From positions 3,630-67,629 of the forward strand of contig DAOTCE010000016.1 in assembly GCA_035452965.1 (NCBI GenBank): a stretch of 64,000 nt of DNA, read 5' to 3'. The notes under the pieces are model-generated. The model was given only the letters and a program-made list of their open reading frames with translations. It was not told the origin of the DNA and did not search any database. This document shows, in pieces, positions 9,741 through 17,753 of this stretch (position 1 is the stretch's first letter; the number at the start of each line of letters is the position of its first letter). Source of the DNA: Minisyncoccota bacterium. GTDB lineage: Bacteria; Verrucomicrobiota; Verrucomicrobiia; Limisphaerales; UBA8199. A program made the translations under genes and the position numbers.

Positions 9741-11183
9741 ATGAATACCGAGCAACTCTACCAACAGCGCCTTAACCGTTACATCACGGCCATGCGCAAC
9801 GAGAAGCCGGACATGATCCCGCTTCGACCCTTTGTCGCCGAGTTCACCGCCAAGTACGCCGGCTACACCTGCCAGGAGGTCGCGCACGACTACAACAAGG
9901 CCTTCGAAGCGGCCATCAAGACTGCCAAGGATTTCGGCTGGGAAGCAATCGTGCCGAACATGGTCTATGTCTGGACGGGGCTGGCGCAGGCGGTGGGGCT
10001 GCGCTATTACGGCATCCCCGGCATCAACATTCCCCACACGACGGGTTTCAACTACATCGAACCGCCCGAAGACCAGGCTTGGATGCGCGCCGATGAATAC
10101 GATGCGCTCATCGCCGATCCCACCGCCTTTCTATACAACGTCTGGCTCCCGCGCGTATCCACCGAGGTCAGCAAGATCGGCCAGCCCGCCACTTACCGGA
10201 ATAACCTATCGTTTGTGAAGGGCGCGATGGCCATGCTTTCCTACTTTTACGCCTTCGGGCCCCAGGTCGCGCGGATGCGCTCCGAGTGCGGCACCGCCTC
10301 CGCCATCTCCGGTATCTTCAAGGCGCCGTTTGACATTCTCAGCGACAAGCTTCGGGGCTTCGTTGGCCTGACGATGGACATGGCCACCCAGCCGCAAAAA
10401 GTCCGCCAAGCCTGCGAAGCGCTCATGCCTCACCTCTGCCACGTGGGACTGACCACCGCCGACCCGGGAAAGCAAGTCCCCATCGGCTTCTGGATGCACC
10501 GCGGCTGCGTGCCGTTCATCAGCCCGAAGACCTTCGCCTCGCACAACTGGCCCACGCTCAGGCCGATCATCGAGGAGTTCTGGAAGAACGGCCACCAGAC
10601 TCTCTTCTACGCCGAAGGCAAGTGGCATCATCACTTCGACGCCTTCCGCGAGCTGCCCGACCGCAGCATCGTGTTCCACTGCGACCAGGACGACATCTTC
10701 CACGCCCACCGCAAGCTGCACGACAAGTTCGCCCTTAGCGGCGGCATTCCCAATGTGCTGCTCAGCTATGGGAAGCCGGACGAAGTCCGCGCCTTCTGCC
10801 GACGCGTGATTGACGAAGTCGCCCGCGACGGCGGCTACATCATGGACGCCGGCGCCATCATGCAGGACGACACCAGCATCGAGAACCTGCGCGTCATGAC
10901 CGACACCGCGCGCCAATACGGCGTCTATGCGGCCGGCAGTTACCAGACGCCGACTTCGATGCCCCCCTGCGACCTGCCTTCGACCGCCGGGGATCGCAAA
11001 CAGATCAACGGCATGCTCGGCCAGCCCGCGCCGCGCGTGCGGCCCGGCGTCTGTTTCTCATGGGAAGACCGCGTCAAGGACCTGCCCGAGATCACCGGCA
11101 GCCCGGAGCTCATCCGCAAGATCTGGGAAGACATTGATGGCTTCGGCAACATGTACATCTGGCAACTTCTCCTGAGCTTCTGA
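9741..11183 (+). CDS. uroporphyrinogen decarboxylase (URO-D) superfamily protein, not HemE-like
   Basis: ORF 9630..11183 with ATG at 9741 (MNTEQLYQQRLNRYITAMRNEKPDMIPLRPF). The C-terminus GGIPNVLLSYGKPDEVRAFCRRVIDEVARDGGYIMDAGAIMQDDTSIENLRVMTDTARQYG matches the URO-D/MtaA-family C-terminal pattern as I recall it. Confidence 0.55.
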   Translation: MNTEQLYQQRLNRYITAMRNEKPDMIPLRPFVAEFTAKYAGYTCQEVAHDYNKAFEAAIKTAKDFGWEAIVPNMVYVWTGLAQAVGLRYYGIPGINIPHTTGFNYIEPPEDQAWMRADEYDALIADPTAFLYNVWLPRVSTEVSKIGQPATYRNNLSFVKGAMAMLSYFYAFGPQVARMRSECGTASAISGIFKAPFDILSDKLRGFVGLTMDMATQPQKVRQACEALMPHLCHVGLTTADPGKQVPIGFWMHRGCVPFISPKTFASHNWPTLRPIIEEFWKNGHQTLFYAEGKWHHHFDAFRELPDRSIVFHCDQDDIFHAHRKLHDKFALSGGIPNVLLSYGKPDEVRAFCRRVIDEVARDGGYIMDAGAIMQDDTSIENLRVMTDTARQYGVYAAGSYQTPTSMPPCDLPSTAGDRKQINGMLGQPAPRVRPGVCFSWEDRVKDLPEITGSPELIRKIWEDIDGFGNMYIWQLLLSF

Positions 11184-11529
11184 TCCGGCCAAAGGAAACT
11201 GATTCAGTACAACCACGCACTACACGAAACACCAAGCGGTATCCCCTCTTCGTGTGGTTCGTGGTCACCCCGCGCTGCGATGGCCGCATCGCGATGGTCT
11301 TCGCTGCCAGCCTTCGCGGTCAATCGCCTCAACTGCCTCCTCGGCACGGGTGCTCTCCCACTGGGAACCAGCGGAGACGCCTTTTGCTGTTGCTTGCCAA
11401 GCCGCCCGGGGGCACTTTGGCTGCAGCCGGAGCAGCGTTGCCGGAATAGTGTTCTTCAGCAGAGACCAACCGAGCACCAATCCGGATCAACGCGTAACGC
11501 TTCCAGGACGTTTAACGAACCAACTGCTT

Positions 11530-12480
11530 ATGAGGAAGAACGCCACCATGTCAGCGGGAGACCGGGCGAAGCGCCCACCGAGACTATCGCGCACGCCGAC
11601 GCCCAAGGTGCACCCCGTCGTGATATACCCATTCCAGCAGCCGGATGAATACTCCAACCTGCAGGCCCTGTATCGGCTCGTCCGGCGTTTGAGCACAGAC
11701 AAGGACCGCTACGCCCGCCCGATCACGGTGCTGGATCGCAAGACGCACTATGCCCTTCAGGGACAGAAGGCGTATCGGGATTTTCGGCGGAACACCCTGA
11801 CGCGGTGCTCGGACGTTCTGGACGTCTGGGCGGTGGATACCTGCCAGATGTGGTACTGCGGATTGGGGGCGGCGTTTGAAAGGGGCCGGGAACATGATGT
11901 GTATTGGCTCATCCCCGGGGACTTCAATTACGGCACCAAGACCGGGCAGCATGTCCTGAGTCGGCTGCACGATCTTCCGGAAATCATCCTCGAACTGGAC
12001 CAGGACTTGTGCATTGGCGAAATCGCCACCGACCACAACGATTCCAAGCAGCTCATTGACACTTACGGCACGTTTGCCTTGCTCTACAATTGGTTCCCGG
12101 TCGAAGCGCAGGAAATCCGCGGGTACACCGAGCGGCCCCGCTCCGAGTTTCTCGCCATCCGCCACGGTTTTTTGGAGGAGGCGTTGCGCCACCGGTGGTA
12201 TCCCTACGAACAAACCGTGGTGATGCTCCTGGAAGCGGTCTTCGACAAAAGGGGCATCAGCCGTTTCTCGGTCGGGAACATCTCGGACTTGCCCGAAGGG
12301 CGGGAATCGCTGGCCTCGGCGATGCAGCAGGTCGAGCGGACTGAGCGGGTGCTGAAGGCGGTTTGGCGTGAGCACCACCAGACCAATCCAGACTGGATCG
12401 AGCAGTACCGGCGTCTGGCAGCCACCTCGAACCAGATCCGCCACACCGCGCTCACCATTCTGCAAAACCTGCTGGGCTGA
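11530..12480 (+). CDS. hypothetical protein (316 aa, possibly a divergent GT-A-like fold)
   Basis: ORF 11254..12480. The upstream 92 codons are Arg/Ser/Ala-rich and not protein-like, so I prefer ATG 11530 (MRKNATMSAGD). I recognise no family motif. HPVVIYPFQQPDEYSN and YWLIPGDFNY are only loosely GT-A-like. Confidence 0.5.
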   Translation: MRKNATMSAGDRAKRPPRLSRTPTPKVHPVVIYPFQQPDEYSNLQALYRLVRRLSTDKDRYARPITVLDRKTHYALQGQKAYRDFRRNTLTRCSDVLDVWAVDTCQMWYCGLGAAFERGREHDVYWLIPGDFNYGTKTGQHVLSRLHDLPEIILELDQDLCIGEIATDHNDSKQLIDTYGTFALLYNWFPVEAQEIRGYTERPRSEFLAIRHGFLEEALRHRWYPYEQTVVMLLEAVFDKRGISRFSVGNISDLPEGRESLASAMQQVERTERVLKAVWREHHQTNPDWIEQYRRLAATSNQIRHTALTILQNLLG

Positions 12481-12483
12481 GGT

Positions 12484-12768
12484 ATGCGTGCATTTGCTTA
12501 TCACAAGCCGCTCCGGGCAATTAACTTCATCTGCCATGCGCCGCAAGCCAAGGCCGTTACCCTGGTCGGCGATTTCAACCAATGGGACCCCGCCTCGCTG
12601 CCGATGAAACAGATGCCCGACCGTTCGTGGCTGCTCACGGTCGAATTGAAGCATGGGCACCATCGCTACGCCTTCCTGGTGGATGGGGTCCTGACCCTTG
12701 ACCCCCACGCCCAAGGCGTCACCCGCAACGACAAAGGGGAACGCGTTTGCCTCGTGCCGGTGAGTTGA
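12484..12768 (+). CDS. stand-alone CBM48 / AMPK-beta glycogen-binding-type domain protein (94 aa)
   Basis: The ATG lies 3 nt after the upstream stop. VTLVGDFNQWDPASLPMKQMPDRSWLLTVELKHGHHRYAFLVDGVLTLDPHA matches the E-set/CBM48 pattern (G-F-N-W ... G-x-H-x-Y-x-F-x-V-D-G). Confidence 0.7.
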   Translation: MRAFAYHKPLRAINFICHAPQAKAVTLVGDFNQWDPASLPMKQMPDRSWLLTVELKHGHHRYAFLVDGVLTLDPHAQGVTRNDKGERVCLVPVS

Positions 12769-12928
12769 AGCCAGCCGGCCCTTCTCTCGGCAGGGGGGAG
12801 CGTGTATCACGTCACTCGACTCGCTAATTGCGGGCACCCCCGCCTGGCGGGCGACGCCGACGGTAGGTTGGTCGAACGCTGGCACTGGCCTGCGGCTGGC
12901 TGGGGGATGGCTTGTTAGTGCGGTCAGG

Positions 12929-12978
12929 CCCCGGTGTGTATCCCATGGGGAGCGCTCCCCATGGGATACACACCGGGG
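12929..12978. repeat. perfect 50-bp palindrome, copy 1 of a dispersed palindromic element
   Basis: CCCCGGTGTGTATCCCATGGGGAGC / GCTCCCCATGGGATACACACCGGGG. Two 25-nt arms with zero mismatches and no loop, located in the 518-nt spacer upstream of rpmI. Confidence 0.95.
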
Positions 12979-13226
12979 CACCATCATCCCGTCACCGTAA
13001 CGTCAAGCCAACGGTGCTGGGGTCAGCGGGAACTGGAAAGGACTGGCAGGCAGCAACATTGTCCAAAATATCGACAGTGCAGGGGTTGGAGTTTCGGAAG
13101 GCCTATCCAGTTCCAGGAGGGGAGCAATGCGGACCTTGTATTAACTGCGCCACGGTCATCAGGGATATCCGGGTGAAACCCACCGCTGGAACATCCCGGA
13201 AATCCCAGATGAACCAAAATTAACGC

Positions 13227-13255
13227 TTGCCTGTCCGTAACCCGCTGCCTATATT
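13227..13255 (+). promoter_or_regulatory. sigma70-like promoter candidate for rpmI-rplT(-pheST)
   Basis: TTGCCT (13227-13232), a 17-nt spacer, then TATATT (13250-13255), about 30 nt upstream of the rpmI ATG. Confidence 0.35.
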
Positions 13256-13286
13256 GCGCGCTCTTTTGAAAGAAAGCTAAAGACTT

Positions 13287-13496
13287 ATGCGACGTCCAAA
13301 AGGTGTCAAAACCAAGAAGTCCGTGGCCAAGCGGTTCAAGATCACGGCCGGCGGGAAAGTGGTGCGCCACAGTGCCGGCCGGCGGCACTTGTGCCAGTCC
13401 AAGGGCCCCAAGCGCCGCCGTGGCCTCCGCGGGCCCGCCGCGGTTCACCCGACCGATGAGTATCGCATAAAGCAGAACCTGATGTTCAGCCACTGA
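13287..13496 (+). CDS. rpmI: 50S ribosomal protein L35
   Basis: Small basic protein (KTKKSVAKRFKITAGGKVVRHSAGRRHL) located immediately upstream of rplT. Confidence 0.9.
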   Translation: MRRPKGVKTKKSVAKRFKITAGGKVVRHSAGRRHLCQSKGPKRRRGLRGPAAVHPTDEYRIKQNLMFSH

Positions 13497-13535
13497 ACCG
13501 CCATCCCCGCTCCACCATCAATTACTTACTAGACC

Positions 13536-13907
13536 ATGCGCGTTACCAACGCCCCAGCTTCCCGCAAACGCCGCACCCGGATGATCCGCGCCGCCAAAGG
13601 CTTCCGGATGCGCCGCTCCCGGCTTTATCGCTACGCCTCTGATGCCGTTGACCATGGCCGCGTTTACGCCTACCGTGACCGGAAAACCAAGAAGCGCAAT
13701 TTCCGCGCGCTGTGGCAAATCCGCATCAATTCTGCCGCCCGCGCCGCCGGCACGACCTATAGCCGCTTCATGGAAGGCTTGAAGGCCGCCAAGGTCGCCC
13801 TCGACCGCAAGATTCTCGCAGACCTCGCGGCGACGGACGCCGCGGCGTTTAGCGAGCTAGTCAAAGTCGCCCAAGACGCCCTGAAGACTAAGGCCGCCAA
13901 GGCTTGA
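13536..13907 (+). CDS. rplT: 50S ribosomal protein L20
   Basis: MRVTNAPASRKRRTRMIRAAKGFRMRRSRLYRYA ... RKTKKRNFRALWQIRINSAARA, typical of L20. Confidence 0.95.
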   Translation: MRVTNAPASRKRRTRMIRAAKGFRMRRSRLYRYASDAVDHGRVYAYRDRKTKKRNFRALWQIRINSAARAAGTTYSRFMEGLKAAKVALDRKILADLAATDAAAFSELVKVAQDALKTKAAKA

Positions 13908-13938
13908 TATTTCGGACGGCCGATTTCCAATCGCCAAT

Positions 13939-13979
13939 GGGCGAACGGGCGACCTGAACTGGTTCGCCCGTTTGCATTT
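13939..13979 (+). terminator. stem-loop between rplT and pheS (possible partial terminator/attenuator)
   Basis: GGGCGAAC (13939-13946) pairs with GTTCGCCC (13962-13969) and is followed by GTTTGCATTT. The T-tract is weak and no Phe-rich leader peptide is present. Confidence 0.3.
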
Positions 13980-14006
13980 CGGCCACCGGGTGGTGGAAGA
14001 TGATTT

Positions 14007-15026
14007 ATGGCTGGATTCCTGGACCAAATCGAACCTCTGAAACAGGCGACGCTCGCCGAGCTGCGCAGCGCGCCTAACCTGGCGGCGTTGGAGCTGGCGC
14101 GCGTCAACTGCCTTGGCTCGAACGGCAAGTTCACCGCCCTGATGAAACAACTGGGCGGCCTGCCCAAAGAGGAGAAGCCTGCCGCCGGCAAAGCCATCAA
14201 TAGCGCCAAAGTCGAGGTCGAGGCCGCGCTGGCCCAGCGCCGCGGCGAACTGGAACTCAAGGCGGCGCTGCCTCAGGAGCCGACTGATTTCACCTTGCCA
14301 GGCCGCCGCCGCGTGCTCGGAAAGCTCCACCCGCTGACGCAAGTTACCGAGGACATTGTGCGCAGCTTCCGCAAGATCGGGTTCGTCGTGGCCGACGGTC
14401 CCGAGGTGGAGGACGATTACCACTGCTTCGACGCCTTGAACACGCCGGCAGATCACCCGGCGCGGGATACACAAGACACCTTCTATCTGAAGCCGGAGCC
14501 GGGCGGAACGCCTCCCCTGCTCCTCCGCACCCACACTTCTTCGGTCCAAATCCGGGTTATGGAGAAGCAGCAGCCGCCGGTGCGCATCATCGTGCCGGGG
14601 CGCTGCTATCGCCGGGACAACGCCGACGCCACGCACAACCCCACGTTTCACCAGGTGGAGGGGCTTTACGTGGACCGCAACGTAACCGTGGGCGACCTTA
14701 AGGGCACGGTCGAGTTTGTGTTCAAGGAATTGATGGGCGAGGAGACGCGCATTCGCTTTCGGCCTCACTACTTCAGCTACACCGAGCCGAGCTTCGAGAT
14801 TGATTTCAGCAGCCAGGTGACGCGCCGGATGGGCAAGGAATGGCTGGAGATCGCCGGCTGCGGCATGGTGCATCCGCAGGTCCTGGAGAACGTCGGCTAC
14901 GACTCGGAAGCCTGGACCGGCTGGGCCTTCGGCTTCGGCATCGAGCGCATCGCCATGATCCGCTACGGCATCAACGACATCCGCCTCTTTTACGAGAATG
15001 ACCTGCGATTTCTCCGGCAGTTCTGA
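14007..15026 (+). CDS. pheS: phenylalanine--tRNA ligase alpha subunit
   Basis: 339 aa with class II motifs (HPARDTQDTFY, FHQVEGLYVD, GFGIERIAMIRYGI). Confidence 0.95.
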   Translation: MAGFLDQIEPLKQATLAELRSAPNLAALELARVNCLGSNGKFTALMKQLGGLPKEEKPAAGKAINSAKVEVEAALAQRRGELELKAALPQEPTDFTLPGRRRVLGKLHPLTQVTEDIVRSFRKIGFVVADGPEVEDDYHCFDALNTPADHPARDTQDTFYLKPEPGGTPPLLLRTHTSSVQIRVMEKQQPPVRIIVPGRCYRRDNADATHNPTFHQVEGLYVDRNVTVGDLKGTVEFVFKELMGEETRIRFRPHYFSYTEPSFEIDFSSQVTRRMGKEWLEIAGCGMVHPQVLENVGYDSEAWTGWAFGFGIERIAMIRYGINDIRLFYENDLRFLRQF

Positions 15027-15031
15027 CCGCC

Positions 15032-17488
15032 ATGAAAGTTACCTTTAACTGGCTCAAACAATACGTGGAGTTCGACTGGTCGCCAGCCGAACTGGCCGAG
15101 CGGCTCACCATGCTTGGCCTGGAAGTCGAAACCGTCCAGAAGCTCGGGGGCGAGTTCGAAGGCATTGTTGTCGCGCAGGTCATCACCAGGGACAAGCACC
15201 CCAACGCGGACAAGCTCAGCCTCTGCCGCGTCAACGATGGCCAGGGCGAGCGCCAGATCGTCTGCGGCGCACAGAACTTCAAGGCCGGCGACAAGGTGCC
15301 GCTCATCCTGCCCGGCGCCAGCCTGCCGGCCAAGCCGGGCGAGGCGCCCTTCACCATCAAGGTTGGCAAGATTCGCGGCGTCGAATCGCACGGCATGATG
15401 TGCTCGCCGCAGGAACTCGGGATGGGAGACGAAGTGCAGGGACTGCTTATCCTGCGTGAGGATGCCAGGGTCGGCCAGCCGTTCGCGGAATACCTTGGCC
15501 GGACCGGCAGTGACGTCGTTTATGACTTGGAAATCACGCCCAACCGTCCTGACCTCAACAGCGTAATTGGCATTGCCCGCGAGATAAGCGCTGCGACTGG
15601 GAATCCGCTCAGACTGCCCCTGGTGCAGTTCAACGAAGCCGGCCGTCAGGTCGAGGAGTTGGCGCAGGTACGGATTGAGGATCCCGAATTGTGCCCCCGT
15701 TATACCGCCCGCGTGATTACTGGCGTCAAGATCGCCGGCAGCCCGGATTGGCTGAAAAGCACCTTGGAGAAAGTCGGCGTCCGCAGCATCAACAATGTGG
15801 TGGACGTCACCAACTACGTGATGCTCGAAACAGGCCAGCCGCTGCATGCATTTGACTACCATTTACTGGCCACTGCGAGCGGAGCGGCCTGCCCCACCAT
15901 CGTGGTCCGCCGCGCCGGCGAGAGCGAGAAGTTCATGACCTTGGACGGCCAGGAGCGCACTTTGACCAGCCAGATGCTCCTGATTGCCGATGAAACCAAG
16001 GCCGTCGCGCTGGCGGGCGTCATGGGGGGCCAGAACAGCGAGATCAATCTCAACACGGTGGATGTGCTCCTTGAGAGCGCTTGCTTCAAGCCCCAGAACA
16101 TCCGGGCCACGTCCAAGAAGCTCGACCTGCGCACCGAATCCTCGTATCGCTACGAGCGCGGGGCCGACGTCGGCATTTGTGATTGGGCCAGCCAGCGCGC
16201 GGCGCAGTTGATCCTGGAAACCGCGGGCGGCACGCTGGCGCAGGGCGTCGTGGATGCCTACCCCAAGCCCTTTACCCCCAGGCTAATCAATCTGCGTCAC
16301 CCCCAGACGGACGCCGTGCTTGGCGTCGTGGTCCCCGTGGAGCGGCAGATTGACTGTTTGCAGCGGCTCGGCTTGGAGGTTGAGACCGCTCCGGGCATCG
16401 CTCCGACCACGGGGGTGCGCACGCCCCATGCGACGGCCTTCCGCGTACCCTCATTCCGGGTGGACTTGAAGCGCGAGATTGACCTCATCGAGGAAGTCGC
16501 CCGTCTCTACGGCACGGACAAGATCCCCGCCACGCCACCGCGTGGGGCCGTCGGCGCCAACGCCTACGACGCCGTCCACGATCAACTGGCTGAAGCGCGG
16601 CGAATCCTGACGGGCCTGGGCTTGTTCGAAACACAAGGACAGACCCTGATTTCCGAGACTGCCGGCAAGCTGGTGGCGGGCGAAGCCCTGGTCGCCCTAT
16701 CCAATCCCTTGAGCAGCGACATGAACGTGCTGCGCCCGAGCCTGCTGCCATGCCTCCTCGATGCGCTGCGGCATAACGTCAACCGCAAGACCTATGATGC
16801 CGCCTTGTTCGAAGTCGGCCGCGTTTTCACCCAAACCGCCGGCCAGCGCCGCGAAGAACGCCGCGTGGCCATCGCCTTGACCGGCCAGCGCAACTCGCTC
16901 TTTTGGAGCGGTGGGGAGCGCGAGGCAAAGCTCGATCTCTACGACCTGAAGGGCATGATCGAGGAGTTCCTGGAGCAGTTTGGCCTGCGGGGGATGAACT
17001 ACGTCCGCCGGGCGGATAGCACGGCGCTCTTCCTGGAGTCCGCCACCGTTCACCTCGGCCGATTTCAGCTCGGCGAGTTCGGCCAATTGCTGCCCCCGCT
17101 GGCCAGGCAGTACGATTTGCGCGACGCCGTCCTGCTCGCCGAACTGAATCTCGACCTGCTCCTGGCCCGTCGTAACAACGCCAAGACCTTTCGCTCTCTA
17201 CCGGCCTTCCCAGCCATCCGCCGCGACGTGGCCATGGTCCTGCCCGAGGCGACTACCTACGACACCATCCTCCAAGTCGTCAAGCAGGCCAAGCCGGCCA
17301 ATCTGGAGGCAGCCGAACTGTTCGACGTGTTCCGCGGCAAGAACGTTCCCGCGGGGCAAAAGAGCATGGCCTACGCCTTCACCTATCGGCACACGGAGCG
17401 AACGCTCACCGACGCCGAAGTCAACGCGGTCCATGAGAAGCTGGTGGCCCAGTTGAAACAGAAGCTGCTGGCCGTCGTGCGGGAGTAG
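15032..17488 (+). CDS. pheT: phenylalanine--tRNA ligase beta subunit
   Basis: 818 aa. The N-terminal tRNA-binding domain contains VVAQVITRDKHPNADKLSLCRVNDG. It has the B3/4-B5 layout and starts 5 nt after pheS. Confidence 0.95.
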   Translation: MKVTFNWLKQYVEFDWSPAELAERLTMLGLEVETVQKLGGEFEGIVVAQVITRDKHPNADKLSLCRVNDGQGERQIVCGAQNFKAGDKVPLILPGASLPAKPGEAPFTIKVGKIRGVESHGMMCSPQELGMGDEVQGLLILREDARVGQPFAEYLGRTGSDVVYDLEITPNRPDLNSVIGIAREISAATGNPLRLPLVQFNEAGRQVEELAQVRIEDPELCPRYTARVITGVKIAGSPDWLKSTLEKVGVRSINNVVDVTNYVMLETGQPLHAFDYHLLATASGAACPTIVVRRAGESEKFMTLDGQERTLTSQMLLIADETKAVALAGVMGGQNSEINLNTVDVLLESACFKPQNIRATSKKLDLRTESSYRYERGADVGICDWASQRAAQLILETAGGTLAQGVVDAYPKPFTPRLINLRHPQTDAVLGVVVPVERQIDCLQRLGLEVETAPGIAPTTGVRTPHATAFRVPSFRVDLKREIDLIEEVARLYGTDKIPATPPRGAVGANAYDAVHDQLAEARRILTGLGLFETQGQTLISETAGKLVAGEALVALSNPLSSDMNVLRPSLLPCLLDALRHNVNRKTYDAALFEVGRVFTQTAGQRREERRVAIALTGQRNSLFWSGGEREAKLDLYDLKGMIEEFLEQFGLRGMNYVRRADSTALFLESATVHLGRFQLGEFGQLLPPLARQYDLRDAVLLAELNLDLLLARRNNAKTFRSLPAFPAIRRDVAMVLPEATTYDTILQVVKQAKPANLEAAELFDVFRGKNVPAGQKSMAYAFTYRHTERTLTDAEVNAVHEKLVAQLKQKLLAVVRE

Positions 17489-17753
17489 ATGCGAAGGCAG
17501 CGGCCCCTGTAATAATTCGAACAACCTCAACGCCACGGCTGCTTCAGGGGCGGGCGATAGATTGCGCGGTGCAACTGCAAGCCAGCACCACGGCCAATCC
17601 GGTGAATCGCTTCCAGACGAATCTCATCATAGGCCAATGCTATTTGCCTTATCGCATCCTGTCGGTCGGAGCCACAGAACTCCTGCCGTTACCAGGCTTC
17701 GGGCTTGACGAAGGGCCTCACTTCGGCTGCTTTATGGCGCAACCACTGACATC

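Noticed and set aside
11584-12987. 467-aa minus-strand ORF spanning the orphan gene, the CBM48 gene and the palindrome
   Set aside because: It lies antisense to two ORFs with protein-like composition and a recognisable CBM48 domain. Its own translation is Arg/Gly/Pro/Ala-rich with no motif. It is a typical high-GC shadow ORF, and its N-terminus is merely the translated palindrome.
13857-15862. Long minus-strand ORFs (13857-14873, 14990-15862) antisense to pheS/pheT
   Set aside because: They are shadow ORFs opposite unambiguous aminoacyl-tRNA synthetase genes.
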